A stretch of DNA of 50,779 nt, from contig CAYRIH010000001.1 of the NCBI GenBank assembly GCA_964424375.1, positions 19,577 through 70,355 on the forward strand. Reading direction: 5' to 3'. Made by a program: the position numbers and the translations under genes. Origin of the DNA: an uncultured Candidatus Saccharibacteria bacterium (GTDB lineage: Bacteria; Patescibacteriota; Kazan-3B-28; UBA10110). This document shows positions 17,820-28,022 of the stretch, piece by piece. How positions within the stretch are numbered: position 1 is the first letter of the stretch; every line of letters starts with the position of its first letter. The notes under the pieces are model-generated. The model did no database searches. It was not told where the DNA came from and saw only the letters and a list, made by a program, of their open reading frames with translations.

Positions 17820-19096
17820 TATTTTACTGGGTTAGAAAATACACTTAATAATTTCTCAAAAAAACCTTGGGGAGGAGGTGGAGCTACCATATCTTCACCC
17901 GGAGGCGCCCCATCTATAACTGATTCAATCATACCAGTCCTTGTTAGATATAGTAAAGTGGCTCCGAAAGTAGTTTGCGGCACAGGAAATTCCATTAATA
18001 CCGGCAAAGCATTAATTTGAGCAATGTCTGCTATGGCATCCAGTTCTAGTGGAGTAGCTAATTGCTTATCTTGTACTTTACGGACAAATTCATCTATTAG
18101 TTTCTGAATTTCTTTAGCTTCACTCATAGTGTAAGGCTGGTTATGTATATCATCAATTTGAGACATTCCCGAATCAGAAAAATCATCTACTCCACTCATC
18201 GGAGTATGCTGAGTATCTGTAACTATTAAAACAATTTTACTATTAACACTATGGGCATCAGGATCAGTGCCTTTGGCATTTATTACCAAATTATAACGAG
18301 TTGCTGCCATAGAATCAGATGTCGAAATTACCAAATCAGCCACAAATGGCGGCTGGGCTGAAACTGGGATAAACTGGGTTGTCATACCCTCTGTTAAACC
18401 AGTTAAAGACAAATTTATAACATTAGCATAACCATTTAGTGGTGTAACCGAAATTTTATAAACAACCGTACCGCCACTTTTGATAGTATGTTCTTCTGGT
18501 TTAACTCCTATATCAAAAATTGGACTATCAGCTGGCGTAGTAATTGGAGTCAAGGTTATAGAATTAACCCCCCACAAATTGGCTCCACTGCGCTCAAAAC
18601 TTAGTATTAGTTCATTATTCTCAACTGTAGTATTAAAAGTAAATGTCTCCCACTCCCCAATTTGAGAGCTGATAATATAACTGTAGCCAGCTACTGACAA
18701 TCTAGTAGAAAAATTATCACTCAAGTCACCGCTCATTAAATTAACTGCATAGTTACCATTAGCAATATCACTGATTTTAAACTCAGCTCCGCCTACTCCC
18801 GTATTTGAATCTCGCAAGCGCAAATCTGATACTGCTGCCCCGCTGCTTTTTGCTATCACACCCCCCAGCCAGCCAAATTTTATATCATCACTACTCTGGG
18901 GATAAGTTGAAGCATTGCCATTAACAGCTATATAACCAGAGGCTATCCCCTGACCATCGCCAAAATCGAACTTGTATAATACATCGCCTTCAGTTGCCAA
19001 GCTAAATCCTACAAATATCAAAAGTAGTACTCCCATTGCCATCAGAGTCCGCAATTCACTTTTAGCTATCTTAAGTACAAAATTAGACGCTACCAT
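17819..19096 (-). CDS. secreted or surface hypothetical protein
   Basis: N-terminal signal anchor (LMAMGVLLLIFVGFSLA) followed by beta-rich, Ig-like low-complexity regions. No catalytic motif. Confidence 0.6.
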   Translation of the reverse strand: MVASNFVLKIAKSELRTLMAMGVLLLIFVGFSLATEGDVLYKFDFGDGQGIASGYIAVNGNASTYPQSSDDIKFGWLGGVIAKSSGAAVSDLRLRDSNTGVGGAEFKISDIANGNYAVNLMSGDLSDNFSTRLSVAGYSYIISSQIGEWETFTFNTTVENNELILSFERSGANLWGVNSITLTPITTPADSPIFDIGVKPEEHTIKSGGTVVYKISVTPLNGYANVINLSLTGLTEGMTTQFIPVSAQPPFVADLVISTSDSMAATRYNLVINAKGTDPDAHSVNSKIVLIVTDTQHTPMSGVDDFSDSGMSQIDDIHNQPYTMSEAKEIQKLIDEFVRKVQDKQLATPLELDAIADIAQINALPVLMEFPVPQTTFGATLLYLTRTGMIESVIDGAPPGEDMVAPPPPQGFFEKLLSVFSNPVK

Positions 19097-19141
19097 AGCA
19101 CAACGATAAAATATAAAACCTACTTTATATTATACCAATTT

Positions 19142-20527
19142 CTAGCCAGACTCTTCTATTGTAGCTGCTATTTCTGGAGCTATCTCTCTAGTAGTTTCTA
19201 ATGCCCTGAAAACCATTATTTCCGGCTGGAAGTATAGTTCAAACTGACCAATAGGACCATTACGATGCTTGGCTATAATAATATCAGCAATGTTAGTTCT
19301 ATCAGAATCTTTATCATAATAATCTTCTCGATAAATAAACACTACTACATCGGCATCTTGTTCAATCGAGCCACTTTCACGCAAGTCTGAAAGCTGAGGA
19401 GTGTGTTTAGGCCTTTTTTCTACCTCACGGGAAAGCTGAGAAACAGCAATGATTGGGATATTCAATTCTCTAGCTAAACCTTTAAGGCCTCTGGAAATCT
19501 CTGATATTTCCTGCACTCGACTTTCGGACGATCTTCTGCCTTCCATTAACTGCAGATAGTCAATAATTAACAAATCTAACCCTTTTTCTGATTGTAATCG
19601 CCTGGCTTTGGTGCGCATTTCCATTATATTAGTTCCCGGAGAATCATCGATATAAATCGCTGTTTCTGAAAGTGTGCTAATAGCATCACCAATTTTAGTA
19701 AAATCTTCCTCTTTTAAATTGCCTGTTCTAAGTCTCCAAGAATCTACCCCTGAAGAAGCACTAATTAATCTATCCGCTACCTGCTCCTTGGACATCTCTA
19801 AATGAAACATACCCACAGAGAAGCCCGCTGATGCCGCATTAAGAGCAAAGTTTAATACTAAACTAGTTTTACCCATGCTGGGACGAGCTGCCACTACAAT
19901 AAGATCAGATTTTTGCAAACCTGCCAAAGTATTATCCAAAGTTTTAAAGCCAGTAGGAATACCCCTCAACTCGCCTTTATGTTCATGTAGTTTATCAATG
20001 CGCTCAAAAGCTACTTCTAAAACTTCTTTAACAGGAACAAAGCTAGTTTTGAGATATTTTTGGGATACTGCAAATAATGTCCGCTCGGCCTTATCTAAAA
20101 GTTCATCAACTTCACTGGCTTGGTCTCGACCGAAGACTTCTATCTCGTTAGCGGCGGCAATTAAACGGCGTAAAGTAGCCTTGCTGGCTATAATTTCAGC
20201 ATATCGCGCCACATTGGCACTGCTGGGTAAACTGCCGGCCAACTCGGCTAAATAACTAGCTCCGCCAATAATTTCTAATTTCTTTTTATTCTTCAGCAAA
20301 TCCGTTACTATCACTACATCCAAGGGCCTTTGTTTGTCATACAAAGCAACCATGACATCAAAAACAATCCGATGGCGCTCTTCATAGAAATCCTCAGGTT
20401 TTAAAATATCTGCCACTTTAATCATGGCATCTTTATCCAATAACAAAGATCCCAGAAGAGATTTCTCGGCATCTATATTCTGGGGAGGCATAATTCCACC
20501 TGGAAATGTTTTGTTAGTCATAGTCAT
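19142..20527 (-). CDS. dnaB: replicative DNA helicase DnaB
   Basis: PPQNIDAEKSLLGSLL N-terminal motif, Walker A ARPSMGKTS, and IIDYLQLM. Confidence 0.93.
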   Translation of the reverse strand: MTMTNKTFPGGIMPPQNIDAEKSLLGSLLLDKDAMIKVADILKPEDFYEERHRIVFDVMVALYDKQRPLDVVIVTDLLKNKKKLEIIGGASYLAELAGSLPSSANVARYAEIIASKATLRRLIAAANEIEVFGRDQASEVDELLDKAERTLFAVSQKYLKTSFVPVKEVLEVAFERIDKLHEHKGELRGIPTGFKTLDNTLAGLQKSDLIVVAARPSMGKTSLVLNFALNAASAGFSVGMFHLEMSKEQVADRLISASSGVDSWRLRTGNLKEEDFTKIGDAISTLSETAIYIDDSPGTNIMEMRTKARRLQSEKGLDLLIIDYLQLMEGRRSSESRVQEISEISRGLKGLARELNIPIIAVSQLSREVEKRPKHTPQLSDLRESGSIEQDADVVVFIYREDYYDKDSDRTNIADIIIAKHRNGPIGQFELYFQPEIMVFRALETTREIAPEIAATIEESG

Positions 20528-20542
20528 TAGTAAAATTGGACT

Positions 20543-22006
20543 CTATATTATATCAAAAACTTTAGCTACCTGATTTTTTTCTTTATTCACCGTCTGAGAC
20601 ACCACACATTCCACTATTGCATTTTTTATACCTAATTCATTGGCGGTAGAAGAAATCAATAATAAATTATTAGCTTTACTGATAACATCTTTTAAAAATT
20701 CGCTGGGAGCAGTGATTATTAATTTATCGCCCTGCAAATCAACTTGACTATTCTTCATTAAAGCGCTCAAAGCAGGATTAGTAATAGATACTTTTTGGCA
20801 CAATTCCGGCCAGAAATTAGAATTTGGTTTAGATTTAATGGATTCAGGCTCTTGGATTTTGGGTTTTGTTTGCGGTGCTGGCTCTGGTTTTGGATTGGCA
20901 GTTTTGCTCGCCAATTTTTTAGTATCATCAGTCGCCCGTACCATTACCATCTCCAAAGCCAACTGTGGGATGCTCGCTATCCGGTAATTATTATTAGCTT
21001 CTATGAGACGCTGTAATAAATTAATCAGCTCATTGGGGCTTAATTGTTGAGACTGGCTTCCCATAATTTTCTTTTCATCTGCAGACCTGCTGACTAATTC
21101 CTCGTTTCCTAATCTAATCATCAACAATTCGCGCAGATAACCTATCCAATTTTTAGTTAGTTGATTAATATCATAACCTTTGAAATAGACATTATTGATA
21201 ATATCAATACCGACTAAAGTATCTTTGTTTAAAATTGCTTGAGTTAATTCCTGCACTACAGTGTTGTCAGTAATGCCTAAGATTTTTTCTAAGGTTTGTT
21301 TATCAATTTCACTTACACCTAAGCTGACCACCTGATCTAGGATACTTAAAGAATCTCGCAAACTGCCTTCAGAGTTTTGGGCAATTAAAGATACAGCATC
21401 ATCTGTAATTGAAATCTTTTCTGATGAGACTACTTTTTTAAGCTGATTGATTATTTCATCCCAAGACAAATGGTGAAAATCAAAATACTGACACCGAGAA
21501 ACAACTGTGGGAAGCAATTTATGCACTTCTGTAGTGGCTAGGATAAAAATCACATGTCCGGGAGGTTCTTCTAATGTTTTCAACAAAGCATTAAAAGCAT
21601 TTTTGGACAGCATGTGAACTTCATCTACAATATAGACCTTATATTTTCCTACTGATGGGGCTAAATTAACTTTCTCGATTAAATCTCTGACATCATCAAC
21701 GCCAGTATGAGAAGCGGCATCAATTTCAATTAAATCTATCATGATGCCAGACAAAGCCGCTTGGCAGTTCTTGCATTCTCCGCAAGGCTCCCCGTCAGAT
21801 TTAATATCCGAACAATTAACCGCTTTAGCTAATAATCTGGCCATAGAAGTTTTGCCTGTTCCTCTGGGACCGGCAAAAAGATAAGCATGACTAACTTTAT
21901 TAGCTTTAATTGAATTAACAATTGTTTGCTTAACATGATCTTGGCCTACAAAATCCGCAAATTTTTGCGGCCGCCATTTTCTATATAAAACCTGCTCTTT
22001 TGCCAT
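20543..22006 (-). CDS. dnaX: DNA polymerase III subunit gamma/tau
   Basis: GPRGTGKTS Walker A, zinc module CGECKNC, DEVHML, and the SRC motif VSRCQ. Confidence 0.93.
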   Translation of the reverse strand: MAKEQVLYRKWRPQKFADFVGQDHVKQTIVNSIKANKVSHAYLFAGPRGTGKTSMARLLAKAVNCSDIKSDGEPCGECKNCQAALSGIMIDLIEIDAASHTGVDDVRDLIEKVNLAPSVGKYKVYIVDEVHMLSKNAFNALLKTLEEPPGHVIFILATTEVHKLLPTVVSRCQYFDFHHLSWDEIINQLKKVVSSEKISITDDAVSLIAQNSEGSLRDSLSILDQVVSLGVSEIDKQTLEKILGITDNTVVQELTQAILNKDTLVGIDIINNVYFKGYDINQLTKNWIGYLRELLMIRLGNEELVSRSADEKKIMGSQSQQLSPNELINLLQRLIEANNNYRIASIPQLALEMVMVRATDDTKKLASKTANPKPEPAPQTKPKIQEPESIKSKPNSNFWPELCQKVSITNPALSALMKNSQVDLQGDKLIITAPSEFLKDVISKANNLLLISSTANELGIKNAIVECVVSQTVNKEKNQVAKVFDII

Positions 22007-22214
22007 ATAATAATCTACCTCCCCAATAAACTACTTTTTATCATACCACGACGTCGCGGTGAATGCCGCTAAATCGTTTTTGCAAATTGAGAGAATCAAC
22101 AAGTTGATTCAAGAGCATATAATCTTCTCCCAGACTACAAAACCCTTGACTACAAAACTATTTTTTAGTATTAATTAGATATCTTTGACATCCCAGAAAA
22201 GGAGGAGACAGAAA

Positions 22215-22715
22215 ATGTACATTTATACCGCCATAGTAATACCTTTTGTACTTATGGTTCTATCGCTTGCGGCAACATTGTATTTAGCTGCTGACATCAC
22301 CAGAACTGTACATAACTCCGGAGACATTTTATACACTGATGATCATTACAGTTTTGAAAAAACAGCATTCCTAATAAGAACTGTAATTTTTTGTGTATCC
22401 ATGGTCACTTTGGCATTTCACTTCGGCTGGTTGGTCTGGGGAAACCTTCACTTCGGCTGGTTAATTGCATCTATAATTATATGCAACACTGCTTACGCCA
22501 TATTTGACATAATCTATGACGAACTCAGTGACCACTGGATGTACAAAAAATCTGCCTTCGCTTTAGTTGTTCTGTTCAATAAGACAACAACCCCACTGTG
22601 GTTATTGACTATTGCCCTGGCTCCGCTTGGCTGGCTTTTTTCAATGATATCTTATAGAGACAGTCGCGAAAACTTGTATGATCATAAAATATATAGATCA
22701 TACTCCGAACAATAA
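22215..22715 (+). CDS. multi-pass membrane protein, unknown function
   Basis: ATG lies 8 nt after AAAAGGAGGAG. A TTGACT-17-TATTAA promoter is at 22146-22174. Contains an internal repeat HFGWLVWGNLHFGWLI. Confidence 0.6.
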   Translation: MYIYTAIVIPFVLMVLSLAATLYLAADITRTVHNSGDILYTDDHYSFEKTAFLIRTVIFCVSMVTLAFHFGWLVWGNLHFGWLIASIIICNTAYAIFDIIYDELSDHWMYKKSAFALVVLFNKTTTPLWLLTIALAPLGWLFSMISYRDSRENLYDHKIYRSYSEQ

Positions 22716-22735
22716 TGTGCGAAAAACAAACCAAT

Positions 22736-22761
22736 CACGCTCAGACAATCATGTCTGAGCG
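22736..22761. terminator. bidirectional terminator between convergent genes
   Basis: 11-bp stem ACGCTCAGACA/TGTCTGAGCGT flanked by A and T runs. Confidence 0.6.
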
Positions 22762-22780
22762 TATTTATTTTAACCATATT

Positions 22781-23170
22781 TTAATGGCGAATGGTTCTCC
22801 GGCATTTGGCAAACCAAAACAAATCGCTGATTACAGCTACTACAAATGCAATTATAAATGCATAAAATATAAAGTCTGGAGAAAGCTCAACGCCAAAAAA
22901 TTTATTTGTATAATGATATACGAAACCGCTGGCATAAGTATTTACAGAATCATAGCGATTGCGAAGCCAAATCTCCCAATTAGTCAAAAAACATGAACTA
23001 GTAAAAAGATAAGAAAGTACTGTTAAAACTGCCACTATATAATATCCGATTCTGAACCATCTTAATTTTCTGGCTAAACCAAAAATAAAAACCAAAGGGC
23101 CGAGTAACAAAATAACAACCATTGAACCGTGAGCTATAACAATAATGTCAGCGAGAAATTTACCGTACAT
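22781..23170 (-). CDS. DUF2784-like membrane protein
   Basis: 129 aa with four helices. The N-terminal LADIIVIAHGSMVVILLLGPL pattern resembles the DUF2784 family; this is memory-based. Confidence 0.55.
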   Translation of the reverse strand: MYGKFLADIIVIAHGSMVVILLLGPLVFIFGLARKLRWFRIGYYIVAVLTVLSYLFTSSCFLTNWEIWLRNRYDSVNTYASGFVYHYTNKFFGVELSPDFIFYAFIIAFVVAVISDLFWFAKCRRTIRH

Positions 23171-23190
23171 AATATTTTATCCTTATTTTT

Positions 23191-23220
23191 TAACGGTTCT
23201 GCTGTACAGCAGAACCGTTA
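23191..23220. repeat. 30-bp perfect palindrome TAACGGTTCTGCTGTACAGCAGAACCGTTA
   Basis: Read directly. It overlaps the stop codon of 23218..23499. Sister copies are at 23519-23548 and 40340-40357. Confidence 0.9.
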
Positions 23221-23499
23221 AGATTTGAGACGATATTTTACATATTTACCGGTATCGCCAATCTGTTCTACTATCCCCTGTTTTTCTAATTCGTCTAAAT
23301 CGCGGGTGGCCTGAGCATCAGAAACTTTAGTTAATTCCTGATATTCATCATTAGTAATTTCTCTGTTCTTCTTTAAATAGTCCATCACCAATCGCTGCCG
23401 CTTAGCGATTGGATCTTCTATCACTGCTTTAGGCTTCAAAACAAGCCGCGCGATAACAAACCCTACAACAACCCCAATAAATAATTCTAAATAATCCAT
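23218..23499 (-). CDS. membrane-anchored winged-helix DNA-binding protein
   Basis: N-terminal TM helix followed by ITNDEYQELTKVSDAQATRDLDELEKQGIVEQIG, a wHTH pattern. Confidence 0.6.
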   Translation of the reverse strand: MDYLELFIGVVVGFVIARLVLKPKAVIEDPIAKRQRLVMDYLKKNREITNDEYQELTKVSDAQATRDLDELEKQGIVEQIGDTGKYVKYRLKS

Positions 23500-23518
23500 A
23501 TTTTAATCATACATCATC

Positions 23519-23548
23519 CAACAGTTCTGCTGTACAGCAGAACTGTTG
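23519..23548. repeat. 30-bp perfect palindrome CAACAGTTCTGCTGTACAGCAGAACTGTTG
   Basis: Read directly. It shares the same 20-nt core as 23191-23220. Confidence 0.9.
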
Positions 23549-23675
23549 AAATTTTAACCAATTTTCAGGTCAAAAGAGAACTGTCTCTTTGAGGCTTAAG
23601 ATGCTAAGACTAACTATTGACTTTTTATTATGATTTACTACACTAAGGGCGATCGAAAGATCGTTAATTTTAGAG

Positions 23676-24449
23676 CTAAAGGGCCTCGGCAACGGGGTCC
23701 TTTGTGCGTTCATTTAACTCTTTTTTCCAGCAAATAAAGTCCTTCAAATGAAAAATATCAAATATCCGAAGTCCTGCTTCTTTGAGTGCATTTAACTCCC
23801 TTGAAATTCTCCCTGCGGTGCCAAACAAGACAACTTTCTTGCCTGCCTTTAGTAATCTCTCTAAAGGATCAGCAAAATCACTATCGCCACTCCACAACAC
23901 AAAGGTTTCCGTCCCGTTTTTTTCATAATCCAAAAGCATATCAACACCAATCTCGACATCAAAATTGCACTTTCTATCCTCAATGTAATACTCTCCCTTC
24001 TTATTCATGTTTCTAAAACAATCATTCAAATATTCAATCGTTCCAACCTCATATTTTCGCAAAAGCGCACGGCGGATAAATTGATTAAGCAAAGCTGTAG
24101 AGTCCGCTGGAACACTTGAAGCAACAATCGGAAATCGTAAGATTTTTACAGGTTTTGTACGGACAACATATTTTTGATTTTCTATTTCTTTTATCTCTTT
24201 CTTCGATTGCTCGCTACCATCAAGATATCCATTATAGAAATTGACTGCTTCAATGGTATCAAAAGAGTCCAAAAGTTGTTTTAATCTTTTTAAATCAATG
24301 TGCCATCCGAGTTTATTACTCCACGGACGGACGTTAGCATAATCAATATAAATCCGCGTTGAAGCTCCAAAAACATCTTCTAGTTGTCTCACAACCACCT
24401 GTTTACTCTCTGCGGTCTGTTTAATTTTTTCTGTCTTTGGTATAAACAT
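23676..24449 (-). CDS. NYN-domain (LabA/DUF88-like PIN-fold) putative ribonuclease
   Basis: RIYIDYANV, CNFDVEIGVDM and LWSGDSDF acidic motifs. The start lies 4 nt after the KTSC gene stop. Confidence 0.8.
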   Translation of the reverse strand: MFIPKTEKIKQTAESKQVVVRQLEDVFGASTRIYIDYANVRPWSNKLGWHIDLKRLKQLLDSFDTIEAVNFYNGYLDGSEQSKKEIKEIENQKYVVRTKPVKILRFPIVASSVPADSTALLNQFIRRALLRKYEVGTIEYLNDCFRNMNKKGEYYIEDRKCNFDVEIGVDMLLDYEKNGTETFVLWSGDSDFADPLERLLKAGKKVVLFGTAGRISRELNALKEAGLRIFDIFHLKDFICWKKELNERTKDPVAEAL

Positions 24450-24453
24450 AAAA

Positions 24454-24666
24454 CTAGCCGACTTTTTGATATCGATAACTGTACTTAATATAATTGTTCA
24501 AAAATTGCCCTTTTGATATAGCACTCATTAGCCCTTGATATAAGTGCTCCGGCACATTGAAATACTGATATATATCATTGGAAGTAAACTCTATTTCTAA
24601 AGTAGCCGACTGTGAATTATAGCCGATTGAACGAATATTTGTTGATGTAACTGGCGTTCTGTGCAT
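24454..24666 (-). CDS. KTSC-domain protein
   Basis: 70 aa reading SSNIRSIGYNSQSATLEIEF...YQYFNVPEHLYQGLMSAISKGQFLNNYIK, the typical KTSC pattern. Confidence 0.75.
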   Translation of the reverse strand: MHRTPVTSTNIRSIGYNSQSATLEIEFTSNDIYQYFNVPEHLYQGLMSAISKGQFLNNYIKYSYRYQKVG

Positions 24667-24686
24667 AATAATATTCTATCCTTTAA

Positions 24687-27600
24687 TTAATCTCTTTCAA
24701 CAATTTTAATTTCTTCTGGAGTAAGATCGTAAAGTTTATAAACTAATTGGTTGATTTGTTTTTCGTATTCTTTGACTTCTTCCTTTTTTGCAGGATTTTT
24801 TAAATAATCGATGGATTTGGTAATTGCCAAGATCTTATCAACAAGGTGCTCTATTTGTTCCACGATGTCTTTGTTGGATGGTGTGATTGGAGGAATTAAA
24901 AGAGGTTCAAGAGCCTGAACACTGACGATTACATCACCCGTGCCAGTTTTAGGAGCTTTATCATAAAGCATTTGATTTCCCAATTTAGAATTCATAAACG
25001 CGCACAAATATTTCAACTCGCTGCCTGTCATAATACAAGTGCTATCCTGACAATACATACTTTCATTATCTAAACCAAAACGAAGCACGGAACCAATTCG
25101 TTTCCACACAACCTTCTCCTTCTTAAATTCATTTAGGTATTCATCTTTGGGATTGTTATCTAATTCAAGCCAGTGATGCTGACCTTCCCCAGTACTGTTT
25201 CTCGAATAACGACATTGTCCACGATTTTTTAGCTTTTCTTCATATTGCGTTAGGTGCTTTAATATCGCTGGAAACTTATTCAGTTCTCTGTGAAATCCAT
25301 ATTTTATCAATATCACCCACAATCCAGCCCATTCATAATCAAAGCGTTTAATATCCCTTCCGCGTAAAATCGGTTTTAAGATTTCTGCACTTCTGGGATC
25401 ATCCGCAACAAGACGATCACGGACTGCTGTATCGATGATAAACGCTTCATTCAGACCTGTTATGACACCACGATAAATATTTACATCCCACTCTTTCAAC
25501 GGTTTACCGATTCGTTCTATTTTTTCTTTTAAGTTCTGCTCAGCCTGATTACCGATAAACCAGGCATCTTCATTCATTTTCGGTAATATGTTTTTATTTT
25601 TATCTATAAAATCAGACAATACCGAATCTTTTACTTCAGTATTAAGTGTTACGCCTGACAACTGACCATAATTATTCCCTTTCTCAATGATAAGAATATT
25701 GGTATCAACTGTGGCAGTTTCGAAAATTCCCGGACCTAAATCAACTAATAAAAGAGGATTGTACGAATTGAAAAGTTTCCTGAGGCTTTTTCCATATCCG
25801 GCTCTCATCCATTTATTACTGGTGATAAAGCAAAGATGTCCGCCGGTTTTCAAAGTATTAATTCCGTTTTCATAAAAAAGAGAATAAATATCGCCAGTGC
25901 GTTCAAAGGATTTATACCCGCAGTTTTTATACATATCAGCCAATTTCCCACCATCTTTTTGAAGTTGAACATAAGGAGGATTACCAATAACCACATCAAA
26001 TCCTTTTTTATCTTCAAAAACATCAATAAATTCCAATTTCCATAGAAAAAATGGTTTTTCTTTTTTGGGATTGTGTAGATTATCTAAAACTTCTTTAATC
26101 TTTGCTTCTGCAAGGAATTTGTCACCCCAAGAAGCCAAATATTTTTCGCGGCTCTTTTGATTCAACATATTGGCTTTAGCTTCCTCATTTTTTCTTTGCG
26201 CCTCCAAATCCTGCTTCCGCTTTTCTAAGGCCAAACGAATCAACCAATCTTTTATATCATTTATTTCTTTTCGCTTTGCTTGTTTTTCTTTATCATCGTG
26301 AATATCAAAATACTCTTTGACGTTCTTTTTAAGTTCAATGATTTTCCTTTGTTTCTTCCTATCAACTAACAAAGCTGTTTGTTGCCCAGTATCTTCACCA
26401 TTATAAAATTTTACACCCTCAAATTCTTCCAAAAGCGAATTGCCACACATTAGCCGATAATCCAAGTTTGGAAGCGGCTCAATATCTTTTAATTCATAAT
26501 CAACTACTAACTGAAGCCAGAGCCGCAATTTGGCGATTTCAATCGCGCCCGGGTCAATGTCTACTCCATAGATACAATTTTGAATAGTTTCCTTTTTTAA
26601 TTCGTATTCTGTTTTTTTCGCAAGTTTTTTAGGATGAAGCATTCGCAAAAGCAGGCGCAGACGGACTATTTCATTAAGCATGCCAACCAAAAAAGCGCCA
26701 GAGCCACAAGCTGGATCACAAACCTTGATATTTTTCAAAAGCTCGTCCAATTCAATCACTTCACCTTCAAAGGCGGCAATAGATTTATTTTCACCTTCAC
26801 GTAAAAATTTAACATATTTTTCCGCCTTCTTTCGTCCAATTTTTGAAGCGGAATCAAGATAATTTATCAAACTTTCTTGGCACATATAATACACAATCTC
26901 TCGCGGGGTGTAATAAGTGCCTTTACCTTTACGTAAATTTTCTGACAGTAAATTTTCAAAGACCTTACCAAGCATTTCCGGATCAATCGCAATTTCTTTA
27001 TCATCCGGGCTTTCTTCTTCAACTGTAAAATTATAACGATCAAAGACTTCAAAAATCGCTTGGAAAATTTTGTCGTCAAGATAAATTGAGCTATCTCTCC
27101 AGTTGTATTCAGCTTCAAAAAGTCCGCCATTTAAAAATGGGATTCGACAATTAAAATCCTTAGAAAAACTGGGATCGACCGAATCACGACGAGGATTATT
27201 TAGGGCATTATAAAATAATTTTTCTAGATAATCATTAAAAAAATTATTTTTGCTATTTTTTGCTTCTCTAAAAAGATTGCTCAAAAAATTCTTATTACCC
27301 TCACCCCATTTGCCACCTTCTGGTACACCTAACCAACCCTTCTTTTGGACGAAATAGAGAAATACAATTTGGCCAAGCAGTTTTTTAGCAAAATTTTCCG
27401 TATTTAATTGGTTTTTTGAAGCTTCATTAAGAAAAGTGTGGTTTTTTGAAAGTTCGTCGAGCAAACTTTCAAAAAGCTTGTGATATTCTAAATAAAATTC
27501 TTTGGTGATTTTTTCAACCGAAAACGCATCTTGTATTTTTTCCAAACTAGAAAAATCACTATCATTGATCCTTTGTAAGAAAGTTTTGTTAGTGAATTCA

Positions 27601-28022
27601 CGACTTACAAAATAAGTAAATCGACGAAAGTTGCTCCACTGGCGGCGAGTGCCAATTGATTTTGGATATATTAACGAGAAACGAAAATTACCACTTGAAT
27701 CATGGAAAATAAAAATGGCGGCCGAATATTGTTGGTTCTCGGCAGATTTTAAGATGTTTTTAGCTTTTTCGTATTGGGCTTTTTTGCCAGCACGTTCAGA
27801 AAGCTCTTGTTTAACTTCAAAAGCACAGATAATAAGACTGTCACCATCAGAAAAATTTATTTCTCCAAGCTTTATACCATTTTTAAAATCATCATCACTA
27901 TAACGAGAATAGTTTTCTTCTTGCGCTATAAATTGTCGGTTTTTCTCACGGAAAAAGCGACCAAATTTAGCAACAGAAAAATCACTTATTACTTTTTCTA
28001 GAACTTGTTTAGCTTCGCTCAT
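24687..28022 (-). CDS. Eco57I/MmeI-like N6-adenine DNA methyltransferase with possible N-terminal PD-ExK nuclease and C-terminal specificity domain (type IIG/IIL-like)
   Basis: Motif I is VCDPACGSGAFL and motif IV is VIGNPPYVQL. Also present are FLNGGLFE, DPEMLGKVFENLL and TYYTPREIV. N-terminal D61-x7-E69-V-K71 resembles the MmeI-type nuclease motif. The start overlaps the helicase stop (ATGA). Confidence 0.85.
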   Translation of the reverse strand: MSEAKQVLEKVISDFSVAKFGRFFREKNRQFIAQEENYSRYSDDDFKNGIKLGEINFSDGDSLIICAFEVKQELSERAGKKAQYEKAKNILKSAENQQYSAAIFIFHDSSGNFRFSLIYPKSIGTRRQWSNFRRFTYFVSREFTNKTFLQRINDSDFSSLEKIQDAFSVEKITKEFYLEYHKLFESLLDELSKNHTFLNEASKNQLNTENFAKKLLGQIVFLYFVQKKGWLGVPEGGKWGEGNKNFLSNLFREAKNSKNNFFNDYLEKLFYNALNNPRRDSVDPSFSKDFNCRIPFLNGGLFEAEYNWRDSSIYLDDKIFQAIFEVFDRYNFTVEEESPDDKEIAIDPEMLGKVFENLLSENLRKGKGTYYTPREIVYYMCQESLINYLDSASKIGRKKAEKYVKFLREGENKSIAAFEGEVIELDELLKNIKVCDPACGSGAFLVGMLNEIVRLRLLLRMLHPKKLAKKTEYELKKETIQNCIYGVDIDPGAIEIAKLRLWLQLVVDYELKDIEPLPNLDYRLMCGNSLLEEFEGVKFYNGEDTGQQTALLVDRKKQRKIIELKKNVKEYFDIHDDKEKQAKRKEINDIKDWLIRLALEKRKQDLEAQRKNEEAKANMLNQKSREKYLASWGDKFLAEAKIKEVLDNLHNPKKEKPFFLWKLEFIDVFEDKKGFDVVIGNPPYVQLQKDGGKLADMYKNCGYKSFERTGDIYSLFYENGINTLKTGGHLCFITSNKWMRAGYGKSLRKLFNSYNPLLLVDLGPGIFETATVDTNILIIEKGNNYGQLSGVTLNTEVKDSVLSDFIDKNKNILPKMNEDAWFIGNQAEQNLKEKIERIGKPLKEWDVNIYRGVITGLNEAFIIDTAVRDRLVADDPRSAEILKPILRGRDIKRFDYEWAGLWVILIKYGFHRELNKFPAILKHLTQYEEKLKNRGQCRYSRNSTGEGQHHWLELDNNPKDEYLNEFKKEKVVWKRIGSVLRFGLDNESMYCQDSTCIMTGSELKYLCAFMNSKLGNQMLYDKAPKTGTGDVIVSVQALEPLLIPPITPSNKDIVEQIEHLVDKILAITKSIDYLKNPAKKEEVKEYEKQINQLVYKLYDLTPEEIKIVERD

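Noticed and set aside
20543-22006. A programmed -1 frameshift site in dnaX (A AAA AAG type) producing a gamma subunit.
   Set aside because: I found no A-AAA-AAG heptamer in the coding strand when reading through the gene.
22007-22214. An expected ffs (SRP RNA) gene upstream of dnaX, as seen in many bacteria.
   Set aside because: Only an 8-bp palindrome (GAATCAAC..GTTGATTC) and a TTGACT-17-TATTAA promoter for the plus-strand gene are present. No SRP-like helix 8 motif was found.
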